Positions 30,866 to 40,457 of a stretch of DNA of 63,974 nt are shown piece after piece. The notes below the pieces were generated by a model that saw only the letters and a program-made list of their open reading frames with translations, searched no databases and was not told the origin of the DNA. The position numbers and the translations under genes were made by a program. Numbering within the stretch: the first letter of the stretch is position 1; each line of letters starts with the position of its first letter. Origin of the DNA: an uncultured Ruminococcus sp. (GTDB lineage: Bacteria > Bacillota > Clostridia > Oscillospirales > Ruminococcaceae); contig CAMNAB010000001.1 of the NCBI GenBank assembly GCA_946530355.1, positions 1-63,974 of the forward strand, in the 5' to 3' direction.

Positions 30866-31237
30866 GAAAAACGCCCCTTTCGTGTTATTTAATTTGCGTC
30901 ATTAAAGTTGGAATCTATCGTGATTTGGGCATTTTGCCATTTGTGCATAATTCCGGCTGTGTTGCGAAGAAACCAATGAAAAACGCTGAACGGATGAAAA
31001 AACTGCGTGAACACGAAAAACCCGTGCATCTTTGTCAGTTTTTCCGTCTTTCTCTATTTTAGCATACTTCACAAAAAAATGCAAGTGGTTTTTTGCAAAA
31101 TCACAGATTTTTTTTTGAAAATTTCGGGAAGCGGGGATTTTGCGGGGAAACTTCTCGTTTTTTTTACCAAATCGGCGGATGGATGCTGCTGTGCACGCGG
31201 AATGATTTTGTGATTTGCAGAACTTTGCACAATAGAA

Positions 31238-31266
31238 TTGCAATTTCCCGCTGTTTGTGCTATAAT
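31238..31266 (+). promoter_or_regulatory. Promoter of tex (TTGCAA-17-TATAAT)
   Basis: ttgcaa 31238-31243, 17-nt spacer, tataat 31261-31266, about 43 nt upstream of the ATG at 31309. Confidence 0.55.
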
Positions 31267-31308
31267 AATGAGTATAGGCAAAGATCCAACCTGATACGGA
31301 GGAAGAAA

Positions 31309-33483
31309 ATGGACATTCTCAAACAAATTGCAGATGAACTGAAATTGCGTCAGACACAGGTGGAAGCGGCTGTTGCGCTGCTCGATGACGGCAAGACCGT
31401 CCCGTTTATTGCGCGTTACCGCAAGGAACAGACCGGCTCTCTCGATGACCAGACGCTGCATACACTCAGCGACAGACTCAATTATCTGCGGAAACTCGAA
31501 GAACGCAAGCAGGAGATCTGTGATGCGATCGCGGCACAGGAAAAACTGACACCGGAACTGGAAAAAGCCATCTCCGCTGCCCAGACCCTCGTGGAAGCCG
31601 AAGACTTGTATCGTCCGTTCAAGCAGAAGCGGAAGACCAAAGCATCTGTTGCAAAAGCACGCGGTTTGCAGCCGCTTGCCGATCTGCTCATGGCACAGGA
31701 TCACAAGACCGATCCTGAAAAGGAAGCAGAAGTATTTGTGAATGAAGAACTGGAAGTGCCGGATACAGCCGCTGCACTTTCCGGTGCATCGGATATCATT
31801 GCAGAAACGGTTTCGGATGATGCTGACCTCAGAAAGCGTCTGCGCAATGTGCTCTCTCTGCGCGGCAGCCTGACGGTCAAGGCAGTTGATCCCGATGAGG
31901 ACAGCGTTTACCGCAATTATTATGACCACAGCGAACCGGTTGAGCGTGCCGCAAAGCACCGGATCCTCGCAGTCAACCGCGGTGAAAAGGAAGGTTATCT
32001 GAAAGTGACAATCACGATGCCGGAAGGACTCGGTGAGCAGATCGTCACCAAAACATATGTGAAAAATCAAAGCCCTTCCGGTCAGATCGTGGAAGCGGCA
32101 GCACTGGAAGCGTATAAAAAATCGCTGCTCCCCGCAGTACAGCGGGAAGTGCGTGCAGCATTGACGGAAGCTGCCTCGGAACAGGCAATTACCGTTTTTG
32201 CATCGAATCTGCGGCAATTGCTGCTCCAGCCGCCCATGAAAGGCATGATTACACTGGGGCTTGATCCCGGTTTCCGTACCGGATGTAAGGTCGCAGTCGT
32301 GGATCCCACCGGCAAGGTGCTTGCAACGGATGTCGTTTACATCACCGCAAACTCTGCGCAGGCAGTTGCGGGCGGAAAAGCCAAACTCAAAAAGCTCATT
32401 CAGCAATATAACGTTGCAGCCATCGCCATCGGAAACGGCACGGCTTCCAGAGAATCCGAACAGATCGTTGCGGAGATCCTGCGGGAACTGCCGGAGCTGA
32501 AAGCGGCTTATATGGTCGTCAGTGAGGCAGGTGCTTCCGTTTATTCTGCATCCAAGCTCGCAGCAGAGGAATTTCCGGATTATGATGTCGCACTCAGAAG
32601 CGCCGTATCCATTGCAAGAAGATTGCAGGATCCGCTTGCAGAGCTGGTCAAGATCGAGCCGAAAGCGATCGGTGTGGGCGAATATCAGCATGATATGCCG
32701 CCTGCAAGACTCTCCGAATCGCTGACGGGCGTTGTGGAAGACTGCGTGAATGCGGTCGGCGTTGACCTGAACACCGCTTCCGGTTCGCTGCTCTCGTATA
32801 TTTCCGGTATCCATTCCGGCATTGCACATAATATTGTTGCATACCGCGAGGAAAACGGCAGATTCACCGGCAGACGCGAACTGCTGAAAGTCCCGAAGCT
32901 GGGTGCAAAGGCATATGAGCTTTGTGCGGGCTTCCTGCGCGTGCGGGACGGCAAAAATCCGCTGGATAATACCGGCGTGCATCCGGAAAGCTATAAGGCG
33001 GCAGAGGGACTGCTGAAAATCTGCGGCTATACCCTGAAAGATATCGGCGGCGATCTGAGCGAACTGAGCAGGATCGCAGAGGAAAAAACATATGCTGCAC
33101 TGAGTGCGGAACTGGGTGTCGGTGAGCCGACTTTGCGCGATATTGTCAAGGAATTGCAGAAGCCCGGCAGAGATCCCCGTGACGAACTGCCCAAGCCCCT
33201 TATGCGCAGCGGCGATGTCATGACCATCGAAGATCTCAAATCCGGCATGGAGCTGATCGGCACTGTCCGCAATATCATTGATTTCGGTGCATTTGTCGAT
33301 ATCGGCGTGCATGAGGACGGTCTGGTGCATGTTTCACAGCTCTCCAACCGTTTCATCAAGCATCCGCTGGATGCCGTCAAAGTCGGGCAGATCGTCCGTG
33401 TGCGCGTGCTGGAAGCAGATCCCAAACGCAAGCGCATCAGCCTGACTATGAAAGGCGTATCGCAGGAGAATCTCTATTCCTGA
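31309..33483 (+). CDS. tex: Tex-like RNA-binding transcription accessory protein (YqgF/HhH/S1 domains)
   Basis: MDILKQIADELKLRQTQVEAAVALLDDGKTVPFIARYRKE is the canonical Tex N-terminus. C-terminal S1 domain (GTVRNIIDFGAFVDIGVHEDGLVHVSQL). The track ORF begins upstream at 31093 with no support. Confidence 0.94.
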   Translation: MDILKQIADELKLRQTQVEAAVALLDDGKTVPFIARYRKEQTGSLDDQTLHTLSDRLNYLRKLEERKQEICDAIAAQEKLTPELEKAISAAQTLVEAEDLYRPFKQKRKTKASVAKARGLQPLADLLMAQDHKTDPEKEAEVFVNEELEVPDTAAALSGASDIIAETVSDDADLRKRLRNVLSLRGSLTVKAVDPDEDSVYRNYYDHSEPVERAAKHRILAVNRGEKEGYLKVTITMPEGLGEQIVTKTYVKNQSPSGQIVEAAALEAYKKSLLPAVQREVRAALTEAASEQAITVFASNLRQLLLQPPMKGMITLGLDPGFRTGCKVAVVDPTGKVLATDVVYITANSAQAVAGGKAKLKKLIQQYNVAAIAIGNGTASRESEQIVAEILRELPELKAAYMVVSEAGASVYSASKLAAEEFPDYDVALRSAVSIARRLQDPLAELVKIEPKAIGVGEYQHDMPPARLSESLTGVVEDCVNAVGVDLNTASGSLLSYISGIHSGIAHNIVAYREENGRFTGRRELLKVPKLGAKAYELCAGFLRVRDGKNPLDNTGVHPESYKAAEGLLKICGYTLKDIGGDLSELSRIAEEKTYAALSAELGVGEPTLRDIVKELQKPGRDPRDELPKPLMRSGDVMTIEDLKSGMELIGTVRNIIDFGAFVDIGVHEDGLVHVSQLSNRFIKHPLDAVKVGQIVRVRVLEADPKRKRISLTMKGVSQENLYS

Positions 33484-33598
33484 CCGGCGTATTGCGTGAC
33501 ATCATCCTGATTGTACCTGCAAACAGAATCGGATGATCTGAGATTTGTCAATTGTATCGCAATGAAGCAGAAACCATGAATTTGATAGGAGAACGCAT

Positions 33599-34663
33599 AT
33601 GAAAGGATTCCTGAAAGCGATCGCAGTCTTCCTTGGCATCATCGTCGGGCTGCTTGCAGCGGCGGTTCTGATATGGGCAGTCATCAGATTCTGTTACAGC
33701 AGGGCACCGATCGGCGGGATCAGTGAAGAAATGTATGCCGATATCAACGACACAAAACAATGGATCAGCATTTACGGCAAGGATAAGGATGCACCTGTTC
33801 TGCTGTATCTGCATGATACGCCGTGTTCATCGAACAGTAATATCGACTGGCTCTGTCTGCGCAGATTCTCAAAGGATTATATCGTGGTCAACTGGGATCA
33901 GCGCGGCTGCGGAAAGAATTATCCGGATTATGCCCTGCAAAGTCCGGTGACCACAGAACAGATCGTTTCGGATGCCGAAGCGATGACCGATTTCCTCTGC
34001 GATCATCTCGGGCGTGAGAAGATCACGCTGCTTGGTCTTGCAGGGGGTGCAACGCTTGGATGCCATCTTGCGCTGGAGCATCCGGAGAAATATGATGCGG
34101 TGGTTTCCATCGCCCTTTCGCCTGATTTCGACCGCAGTGCAGAACTGTTCAAGCAGGATATCATGGAAGCTGCGAAGAATGATCCGGAATATGACGCGCT
34201 CGCACATTCATTCGATCCGACTGTGCATACAAGAGAGCAGGCTGACATCGCATTCAAGCTGGAAATCCACTATCACAGAGCAGATGATCTTGCAAATGAA
34301 TCGGATGTCAGCGTGCTGAAAACGGTGCTGTTCAATCCTTATTTTTTGCCGCATCAACTGATTTCGAGTATATTCGATACGGATTATTATCAGTATCTGA
34401 AACAGATCGCACCGGCGCAGTATCCGGTGCTGAAACCGATTGAAGTCAAAGACCGCACGGAATATCAGGTGCCGTTTTATCTGGCAGAAGGCACAAAGGA
34501 CTATACACAGTACGGCAATGTGGATCTTGCAACAGCATATTATGCGCAGGTCACAGCACCGGATAAGGATATCCTCTATGTGGAAGGCAAGCATGCTTCT
34601 CCGATGCTGCAATCGAAAAAGCTGGCGGCGTTTCTCCATGAGATCGCACAGAAGAACGGATAA
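33599..34663 (+). CDS. Membrane-anchored alpha/beta-hydrolase-fold protein (prolyl aminopeptidase-like) with Ser->Ala at the nucleophile elbow
   Basis: AGGAGA RBS; N-terminal TM helix; HD oxyanion-like LLYLHD. The nucleophile elbow reads GLAGG (Ala codon gca 34040-34042) where GxSxG is expected. C-terminal GKHAS His motif is retained. Confidence 0.72.
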   Translation: MKGFLKAIAVFLGIIVGLLAAAVLIWAVIRFCYSRAPIGGISEEMYADINDTKQWISIYGKDKDAPVLLYLHDTPCSSNSNIDWLCLRRFSKDYIVVNWDQRGCGKNYPDYALQSPVTTEQIVSDAEAMTDFLCDHLGREKITLLGLAGGATLGCHLALEHPEKYDAVVSIALSPDFDRSAELFKQDIMEAAKNDPEYDALAHSFDPTVHTREQADIAFKLEIHYHRADDLANESDVSVLKTVLFNPYFLPHQLISSIFDTDYYQYLKQIAPAQYPVLKPIEVKDRTEYQVPFYLAEGTKDYTQYGNVDLATAYYAQVTAPDKDILYVEGKHASPMLQSKKLAAFLHEIAQKNG

Positions 34664-34677
34664 AGGGGGCTTTGTAT

Positions 34678-35208
34678 ATGCCGGAAAAAACAGCGCTGCT
34701 CGTCATTGATATGCAGAATGACTACCTCAAAGACGGCAGAAAACCCATGTTTTCTTATGATACCGATGCACTGACTGCCAATGTCAACCGTGCGATCCGC
34801 AGCTATCAGAAGCAGGGGGCGGATATCATCTATATTGCGCAGGTGTTTCAGAATCTGCCGACGAACCGTCTGCTGATCGGGTTTACCATCAAGGGAACAG
34901 AAGGCGCAGCCCTTTATGACGATATGGCGCGTGTCTCGGAGCTTTACTTTGAGAAGTATTTTTCCGATGCCTATACCTGCGCGGCGTTCCGGCAGCATAT
35001 GCAGAAGGAAGGCTATACAAAGGTCGTGCTGTGCGGATTGGATGAATGCGGATGCGTCGGGGCAACTGCAAAAGGCGCTGCAAAGAACGGTGTGCAGGTC
35101 ATCATGCTCGAAGACTGCATCGGCAGACGCTTCCCCGATGCGAAAGTGCAGAAGATGCGCAAAAAACTCAAAACATACGGCGTTGTTTATCAGACGCTTG
35201 CAGAATAA
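34678..35208 (+). CDS. Isochorismatase-family cysteine hydrolase
   Basis: ALLVIDMQNDY (catalytic Asp) and VVLCGLDECGCVGATA (catalytic Cys). ATG 34678 lies 8 nt after AAAGGGGG; the track start 34672 is TTG. Confidence 0.8.
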   Translation: MPEKTALLVIDMQNDYLKDGRKPMFSYDTDALTANVNRAIRSYQKQGADIIYIAQVFQNLPTNRLLIGFTIKGTEGAALYDDMARVSELYFEKYFSDAYTCAAFRQHMQKEGYTKVVLCGLDECGCVGATAKGAAKNGVQVIMLEDCIGRRFPDAKVQKMRKKLKTYGVVYQTLAE

Positions 35209-35227
35209 AGAGAGGAGCATTTGGACT

Positions 35228-35962
35228 ATGGTCTATGTAACCGGCGATACGCACGGTGATTTCTCACGGTTCCAGAATGCAATGCTGAAAAAAGCCGGTG
35301 CAAATGATATTGTGATCGTGTGCGGCGATTTCGGCTTCTTCTGGGACGATTCCAAAAAAGAACAGAAATTCCGCAAAAAACTGACGGAGCTGAAATATAC
35401 CGTTGCGTTTGTGGACGGCTGCCACGAGAATTATGATATGCTGGAAAAATATCCGGCAACGGACTGGAACGGCGGCAAAGCATGCGTCATTGCACCGAAT
35501 CTCGTGCATTTGCTGCGCGGCGAGATCTATTCGCTCTGCGGCAAAACCTTCTTCACGTTCGGCGGCGGGCACAGTCAGGATTTTGAATTCCGTACCGCCG
35601 AAAACTGGTGGGAACAGGAACAGCCGACTTATGAGGAGATCCTGCATGCAGCGAAAAATCTCAAGGCACACGGCAATGCAGTCGATTACATCATCACGCA
35701 TGAGCCGCCGGCATCGCTGAAAGACTGTCTGCGCGTGGATGTGATGCAGCGGCTGGAAGTGCATGCGTTTTTCGAAGACCTCACCACCATCTGCGATTTT
35801 CAGCAGTGGTATTTCGGCAAATGCCACCTCAATCGCTATGTGCCGCTGAAATATTATGCGGTATTTGATGAGATCTATCCGCTGCGGGATACCCACGGCA
35901 AAGCGATCACGGCAAAGCGGGAACAAAGTGCCGATGCTGCGCCCTCTGCGGAAGAAGCATAA
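35228..35962 (+). CDS. Calcineurin-like metallophosphoesterase
   Basis: MVYVTGDTHGDF, VCGDFG, DGCHEN and ITHEPP motifs. The start at 35228 removes the unsupported upstream extension (34916) that overlaps the isochorismatase gene. Confidence 0.75.
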   Translation: MVYVTGDTHGDFSRFQNAMLKKAGANDIVIVCGDFGFFWDDSKKEQKFRKKLTELKYTVAFVDGCHENYDMLEKYPATDWNGGKACVIAPNLVHLLRGEIYSLCGKTFFTFGGGHSQDFEFRTAENWWEQEQPTYEEILHAAKNLKAHGNAVDYIITHEPPASLKDCLRVDVMQRLEVHAFFEDLTTICDFQQWYFGKCHLNRYVPLKYYAVFDEIYPLRDTHGKAITAKREQSADAAPSAEEA

Positions 35963-35999
35963 GCGTTATGCAGCGGAAAAAGCAGAAAGGAGCAGGCTT

Positions 36000-36983
36000 A
36001 TGGGGCATATGTGGCTGATGCCGATTTGGGGGATCACGGTGCCGGAATCGGACAACACCCTTGGTGAGATCGCCGCAGAGCAGATCGAGCACGGACAGGA
36101 AGCGCTCGAACAGACCACCGGTCTGCTGACGGGGCTTTGGCAGAAGTTTCTGGATTTTCTGCCGACCCTTCTGATCGCACTCATCATTTTCCTGATCGGA
36201 ATGGTCATTGCGCGGCTCATCGACCGCGTCATCGGGCATACACTGAAAAAAGCGAAGGCAGATCCGACTGCGACCGGTTTCGGGCATTCGCTCGTGCGCA
36301 TTCTGCTTTATACGGTGCTCATCATTATCTGTCTTTCGGTGCTGGGTGTGCCGATGGCTTCGATCATCACGGTGGTGGGCGCTGCCGGTGTGACGATCGG
36401 ACTTGCACTGCAAAACAGCCTTTCCAATCTCGCCGGCGGATTTGTATTGCTGTTTGCAAAGCCTTTTCAGGCAGGGGATTATATCATCACGAACGGTGAG
36501 GAAGGTTATGTGGAGCAGATCAATATTCTCTATACCCAGCTTCTGACCCGCGATCACAGAAAGATCTATCTGCCGAACAGTGTGGTATCAGGCGGCGCAG
36601 TTGTGAATCTCTCGCAGAAAGGAACATTGCGCATCGCCGTTCCGCTGACTGTTTCTTATGACGCAAATCTGGATCGGGTGCGGACGGTGCTGCTGGAATC
36701 GGTCGGGCATCTGAAATGTATTTTGCATAAGCCTGCACCGATGGTTTCTGTGACGGAACTCGGCGACAGCGGTGTGCATCTTTCGGTACTGGTGTGGGTC
36801 GATCAGGCAGATTATTTTGCAGCGCCTTCAAAGGTGCTGGAATGTGCCAAGCACGCACTGGATACCGCCGGCATCGAGATCCCGTATCCGAAGCTGGATG
36901 TACAGATGCAGCAGACAACGCAGAAAGAGACTTCGCATCATCATGCAGCGGGAAATGGAATTGAGGAAGCAGAGAAACGATGA
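36000..36983 (+). CDS. MscS-family small-conductance mechanosensitive channel
   Basis: ATG 36000 after AAAGGAG. Three TM helices and the pore-lining LALQNSLSNLAGGFVLLFAKPFQAGDYI signature, followed by the beta domain. Confidence 0.85.
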   Translation: MGHMWLMPIWGITVPESDNTLGEIAAEQIEHGQEALEQTTGLLTGLWQKFLDFLPTLLIALIIFLIGMVIARLIDRVIGHTLKKAKADPTATGFGHSLVRILLYTVLIIICLSVLGVPMASIITVVGAAGVTIGLALQNSLSNLAGGFVLLFAKPFQAGDYIITNGEEGYVEQINILYTQLLTRDHRKIYLPNSVVSGGAVVNLSQKGTLRIAVPLTVSYDANLDRVRTVLLESVGHLKCILHKPAPMVSVTELGDSGVHLSVLVWVDQADYFAAPSKVLECAKHALDTAGIEIPYPKLDVQMQQTTQKETSHHHAAGNGIEEAEKR

Positions 36984-37528
36984 ATGATTACAAACAAAAC
37001 TGGTTTTATAAAATGTGCAAAAAGCAGTGCCTGAAAGATATCGGGTTTATCATTGCAGGTGCAGCGTTGTTTCTTGCCGGTATCCTGCTGTTTCTTGCGG
37101 TTATCAGTGCGCTGAATATTGCGCTGTCACTGGTCGGTCTGGGCTTGGTGCTCAAGGGCATCTATGCATTGTGCTTCAAGCTGCCGAAGCTGGGGCGATA
37201 TATGGAAATGCTCTCTGATGCAGAGCTTGCCGATCTTGGCGATGCACCGCCGCAGGAGATGCATTACGGCACTTTTTACTGCACAGGACAGTTCCTGTGT
37301 GCGCCGTATTCCTATGCACTGATCCGCTTTGTTGACATCGAAGATGTTGCAGCGAATGTGGTGACATCCAACGGACGGCAGTCCGGCATGTTCATCAATA
37401 TCACTTTTTCAGACGGTTCACCGTCAGTGGACATCAATATCAAAAACTGGGGAACATTCCAGAAGGAAGCATCGCAGTTTTTTGCCATGATCGCAGCAAA
37501 ACGGGAAGCGGCGCTGCAAATGCTCTGA
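36980..37528 (+). CDS. Hypothetical membrane protein (2 TM + soluble domain)
   Basis: The ATG overlaps the MscS stop (ATGA). Two hydrophobic helices (IGFIIAGAALFLAGILLFLAVI, ALSLVGLGLVLKGIYAL). No family recognised. Confidence 0.55.
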   Translation: MNDYKQNWFYKMCKKQCLKDIGFIIAGAALFLAGILLFLAVISALNIALSLVGLGLVLKGIYALCFKLPKLGRYMEMLSDAELADLGDAPPQEMHYGTFYCTGQFLCAPYSYALIRFVDIEDVAANVVTSNGRQSGMFINITFSDGSPSVDINIKNWGTFQKEASQFFAMIAAKREAALQML

Positions 37529-37590
37529 GCGCTTGACGGCGGAGCAGCCCGCTGCGTGCAGAATCCCAATCGGAATGCAGGTGCGTTATA

Positions 37591-37899
37591 ATGAGCAGAT
37601 TTGAGTATATCAAGTGGTATTGGAACCACAAGAACAATGAAATGCCGGTTCTGTTGTTCTATGAGATTGATCTGGAAAATGCGCGATATGCCACAAGAAT
37701 GACAGAGGTATTTGCGGATAAAAGAGCAGTTCCTGTCCGGGAAGAAGGCTTTGATTATATTACGGAAGAACCGGTTCCGACAATAGAGGAGATCAACAAA
37801 GAGGATCCTGCTTTTTTTGCGGAGATCATTTCAAAAGAGACATTTGAACAGGTTTATGCATCCGAAACATATGCCGGAGATATCCGGTTTCCTGTTTGA
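37591..37899 (+). CDS. Hypothetical small cytoplasmic protein (102 aa)
   Basis: ATG start, ordinary composition, followed by a strong terminator at 37944. Only a weak RBS; no family recognised with certainty. Confidence 0.5.
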   Translation: MSRFEYIKWYWNHKNNEMPVLLFYEIDLENARYATRMTEVFADKRAVPVREEGFDYITEEPVPTIEEINKEDPAFFAEIISKETFEQVYASETYAGDIRFPV

Positions 37900-37943
37900 T
37901 ATGCGGTTTGCTTCTGATGAAGCTGCGCAGCCGGAAGAAACAA

Positions 37944-37988
37944 AGCCCCTGAGCGCTTTTGCACGAAAACGCTCAGGGGCTTATTTTT
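37944..37988. terminator. Bidirectional rho-independent terminator
   Basis: AGCCCCTGAGCG-loop-CGCTCAGGGGCT 12-bp stem followed by TATTTTT, between convergent genes. Confidence 0.7.
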
Positions 37989-37993
37989 ACAGG

Positions 37994-40024
37994 TCAGACG
38001 CGCATAATCACAATGATCTCGTCATTCGGTTCCAGTGTGAGTTCATTCCGGTCGATCCGGAGATCGCTGTTATCATTTTTGGGGAGCAAAACCGCAGTAT
38101 CAAGCCCGTCATTCTTGCCTTCTGTTCTGGAGAACAGATAGCTGACATTGTTTTTCACGCAGCCGATCGGCAGATAAGCATGACCGGTTGCTTCAAACAC
38201 CCACAGGATGAGTTCCCGCTTGCTGCTGAATCGGAGCGATTCCTGACAGTTCCGGAAGAACAGATCTGCGCGGACAGAGAGGATATTGCAGGCATTGGAG
38301 AGCTTATTTTTGGAATTGCGGGAAGCCTCATCGTTTTCAAAGGTAATCATGTCCTTGATGAAATCGAGGCGGATGGGGTCTTTGCCGAGTTGTGCATAGA
38401 GGCAGCTAACGAACCGTTCACTGACCACGACCTGATCGTTATTCTGCTTCTCAATGATGTTCTCATTCTGCATATCCAGCACTTCCACAATGCAGTTGTG
38501 TTTATCGAGCTGATCGCAGCATTTGAGACTGTTCCAGAACAGCAGCGGTTTTTCGTCCACATTCGTGTCGCTGCAATCATCATCGGAAAGGAACAGCACC
38601 GAATTGATATCATCGAGCGAGAATGCGCCGTTTTTCGGGCCGAACGGTTCAAAGATATCTTCAACGATGACGGGTTCTTTGGTTTCATCGCTGAACAGAA
38701 CGCTGTATTCCGGTGCATTGCAGTAAGCTCTGATTTTTTCAGCATTTTCGGCTGTATCCATGAGCACAACGGAGAGCTGGAATGCAGGATATTCATTCCG
38801 GAAGCACACGAGGCTTTCCAGAATATAGCGCAGTTTATTGTTGCAGCCAATGATGAGGATTTTCGGCTTATCATTGAGGATACAGGGCACGAGTTTTTCA
38901 GCAGGCAGCGGTTTTTGCAGTTTATAGCTGCCGGATGTGCTGCTGCAAATGAGGTCTTCGCTTTCGGAGATGTAGAGTCGTTTGCTGCCGGTATCGAGAA
39001 CCGGCATGGCAGAGGATTGTCTTCTGATGTCATCGGTGATGGACACACCTTGCGGGATATCGGAAAGATAAAATTCAACGCCTTCAAAACTGATGAGGTG
39101 CAGGATCGTGTCACAGAGAGAGGGCATCACAGCGGTGATCGCCATGATCTTGCCGAGCAGCTCATTGAAGTTGACCGGGAAGCAGTTATCGCCTGCTTTG
39201 AAGGGATAATCGCGGATGAGCTTTTCCGTTTTGCCGTCAGAAACTTCTGCGAGGATACACGGCAGGGCATCCGATTTGTTTTTGTTCAGATAACTGTTGA
39301 TGAAAATGAACAGCTTAAAGACATTGAAATTCTGCGCACGTTCGTCATTTTTCGTGATTTCTGTCTGTTCGCCGCCCTCTGTCATGAGCAGGACGGTTCT
39401 GGCATCTTTCAGGGCGATCCGATCGAGATCGAGTTTGGAGAACGGGCTGCCGTTCTGGATGATGATATTGCGGAATTTTTTGCCCGCATGATGTACGCTG
39501 AACAGATTGTCGATCTGCTTCCGGATTTTCTTTTTATCCTGATCGGAAAGGATGACAACAAAGGTATTATCCATATCATCGAAGCAGTAATCATAGATAA
39601 TGGAAGGCACTTTGTGATTATAATTGAGGATGACGATATGCTTTTTGAGCCGGAGATGTCTGCGCGTTGCGGCGGAGCGTTCGAGCACGCCGGTGATGAT
39701 GCTGGTGACAAAACCGACCGTACCGCCGGTCAGAGAGATCATGCCGAGCAGCACAACAACGGTCGTAATGATGAGGGAGATGGGGTAGTCGCTGTATTGA
39801 TATCTGCCGCTTGGGTTGACCATCAGCGTAAAGGCAAAGCGGATCATCTCGCCGATGCCTCTGCCCTGATTCTCCGGCAGGAGCATAAGCAGGAGCGTAG
39901 ACAGCGCAATGAACAGGATATTGACTGCGATAATGAGCAGGAACATAAATGCGCCGGGATTGTTCTCTGCGCGGACAGTCAGTTTGTTTTTCAGTCTTTC
40001 AAAGAAGCTCAGGTTCTTTTCCAT
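37994..40024 (-). CDS. Membrane protein with 2-TM pore-like module and tandem RCK/TrkA-N-like Rossmann domains (CASTOR/POLLUX-like putative ligand-gated channel)
   Basis: Start at ATG 40024 (MEKNLSF...). TM1 AFMFLLIIAVNILFIALSTLLLMLL; re-entrant-like IGEMIRFAFTLMVNPSGRY; TM2 ISLIITTVVVLLGMISLTGGTVGFV. Two Rossmann-like starts (KHIVILNYNHK, PKILIIGCNNK) and a terminal TLEPNDEIIVI as in RCK C-lobes. Own promoter at 40174-40202. Confidence 0.65.
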   Translation of the reverse strand: MEKNLSFFERLKNKLTVRAENNPGAFMFLLIIAVNILFIALSTLLLMLLPENQGRGIGEMIRFAFTLMVNPSGRYQYSDYPISLIITTVVVLLGMISLTGGTVGFVTSIITGVLERSAATRRHLRLKKHIVILNYNHKVPSIIYDYCFDDMDNTFVVILSDQDKKKIRKQIDNLFSVHHAGKKFRNIIIQNGSPFSKLDLDRIALKDARTVLLMTEGGEQTEITKNDERAQNFNVFKLFIFINSYLNKNKSDALPCILAEVSDGKTEKLIRDYPFKAGDNCFPVNFNELLGKIMAITAVMPSLCDTILHLISFEGVEFYLSDIPQGVSITDDIRRQSSAMPVLDTGSKRLYISESEDLICSSTSGSYKLQKPLPAEKLVPCILNDKPKILIIGCNNKLRYILESLVCFRNEYPAFQLSVVLMDTAENAEKIRAYCNAPEYSVLFSDETKEPVIVEDIFEPFGPKNGAFSLDDINSVLFLSDDDCSDTNVDEKPLLFWNSLKCCDQLDKHNCIVEVLDMQNENIIEKQNNDQVVVSERFVSCLYAQLGKDPIRLDFIKDMITFENDEASRNSKNKLSNACNILSVRADLFFRNCQESLRFSSKRELILWVFEATGHAYLPIGCVKNNVSYLFSRTEGKNDGLDTAVLLPKNDNSDLRIDRNELTLEPNDEIIVIMRV

Positions 40025-40173
40025 AATATTGATTGCCTTTCTGCGAAATCCGCATTGAGATAAGGTGCGGTGCATTCGCGTGAGATATGGGAGAGATCTT
40101 TGCCGCAAGTGCAAAGGAACGTGCTGCTGATGAGGTGCATTGCGGCAGATCGGTACAGCGGCATATTCATCTT

Positions 40174-40202
40174 ATTATATCACATTCTGATTGTTATTAC
40201 AA
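40174..40202 (-). promoter_or_regulatory. Promoter (TTGTAA-17-TATAAT) for the channel-like gene
   Basis: Minus strand: TTGTAA (40202-40197), 17-nt spacer, TATAAT (40179-40174). Confidence 0.55.
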
Positions 40203-40364
40203 GATATAAAAAAGATTTTTGCAGATATTTGTCAATATGGGGCGGGAAAGGCACATGCAGCTTTTGCAGATGCCGTTTTGTCAGGAGAAACGCAGTTTCA
40301 AATAAATTGTTCGATATGCATAAAATAGGAATGAATACTGATGGATATTTTGGCATAAAAAGGG

Positions 40365-40393
40365 TTGCAATTTTACTGGATGTGTGGTATAAT
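40365..40393 (+). promoter_or_regulatory. Promoter (TTGCAA-17-TATAAT, with TGg extended -10) for the 40458 operon
   Basis: ttgcaa 40365-40370, 17-nt spacer ending in tgg, tataat 40388-40393. Confidence 0.6.
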
Positions 40394-40457
40394 GTATAAA
40401 ACAAGCAATATACTAGCAATAAACTAGCTAAATGCAATTAAGAAAGGAGCAGTCAGG

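Noticed and set aside
31069-33330. 753-aa minus-strand ORF antisense to tex
   Set aside because: Tex on the plus strand is unmistakable, and the antisense ORF is Cys/Phe/Arg-rich with no RBS.
37817-40063. 748-aa plus-strand ORF overlapping the channel-like gene
   Set aside because: It has extreme D/E/F/I-rich composition and runs through the strong terminator at 37944-37988 and the end of the 102-aa gene. The minus-strand ORF has TM helices, Rossmann motifs, an RBS, a promoter and a terminator.
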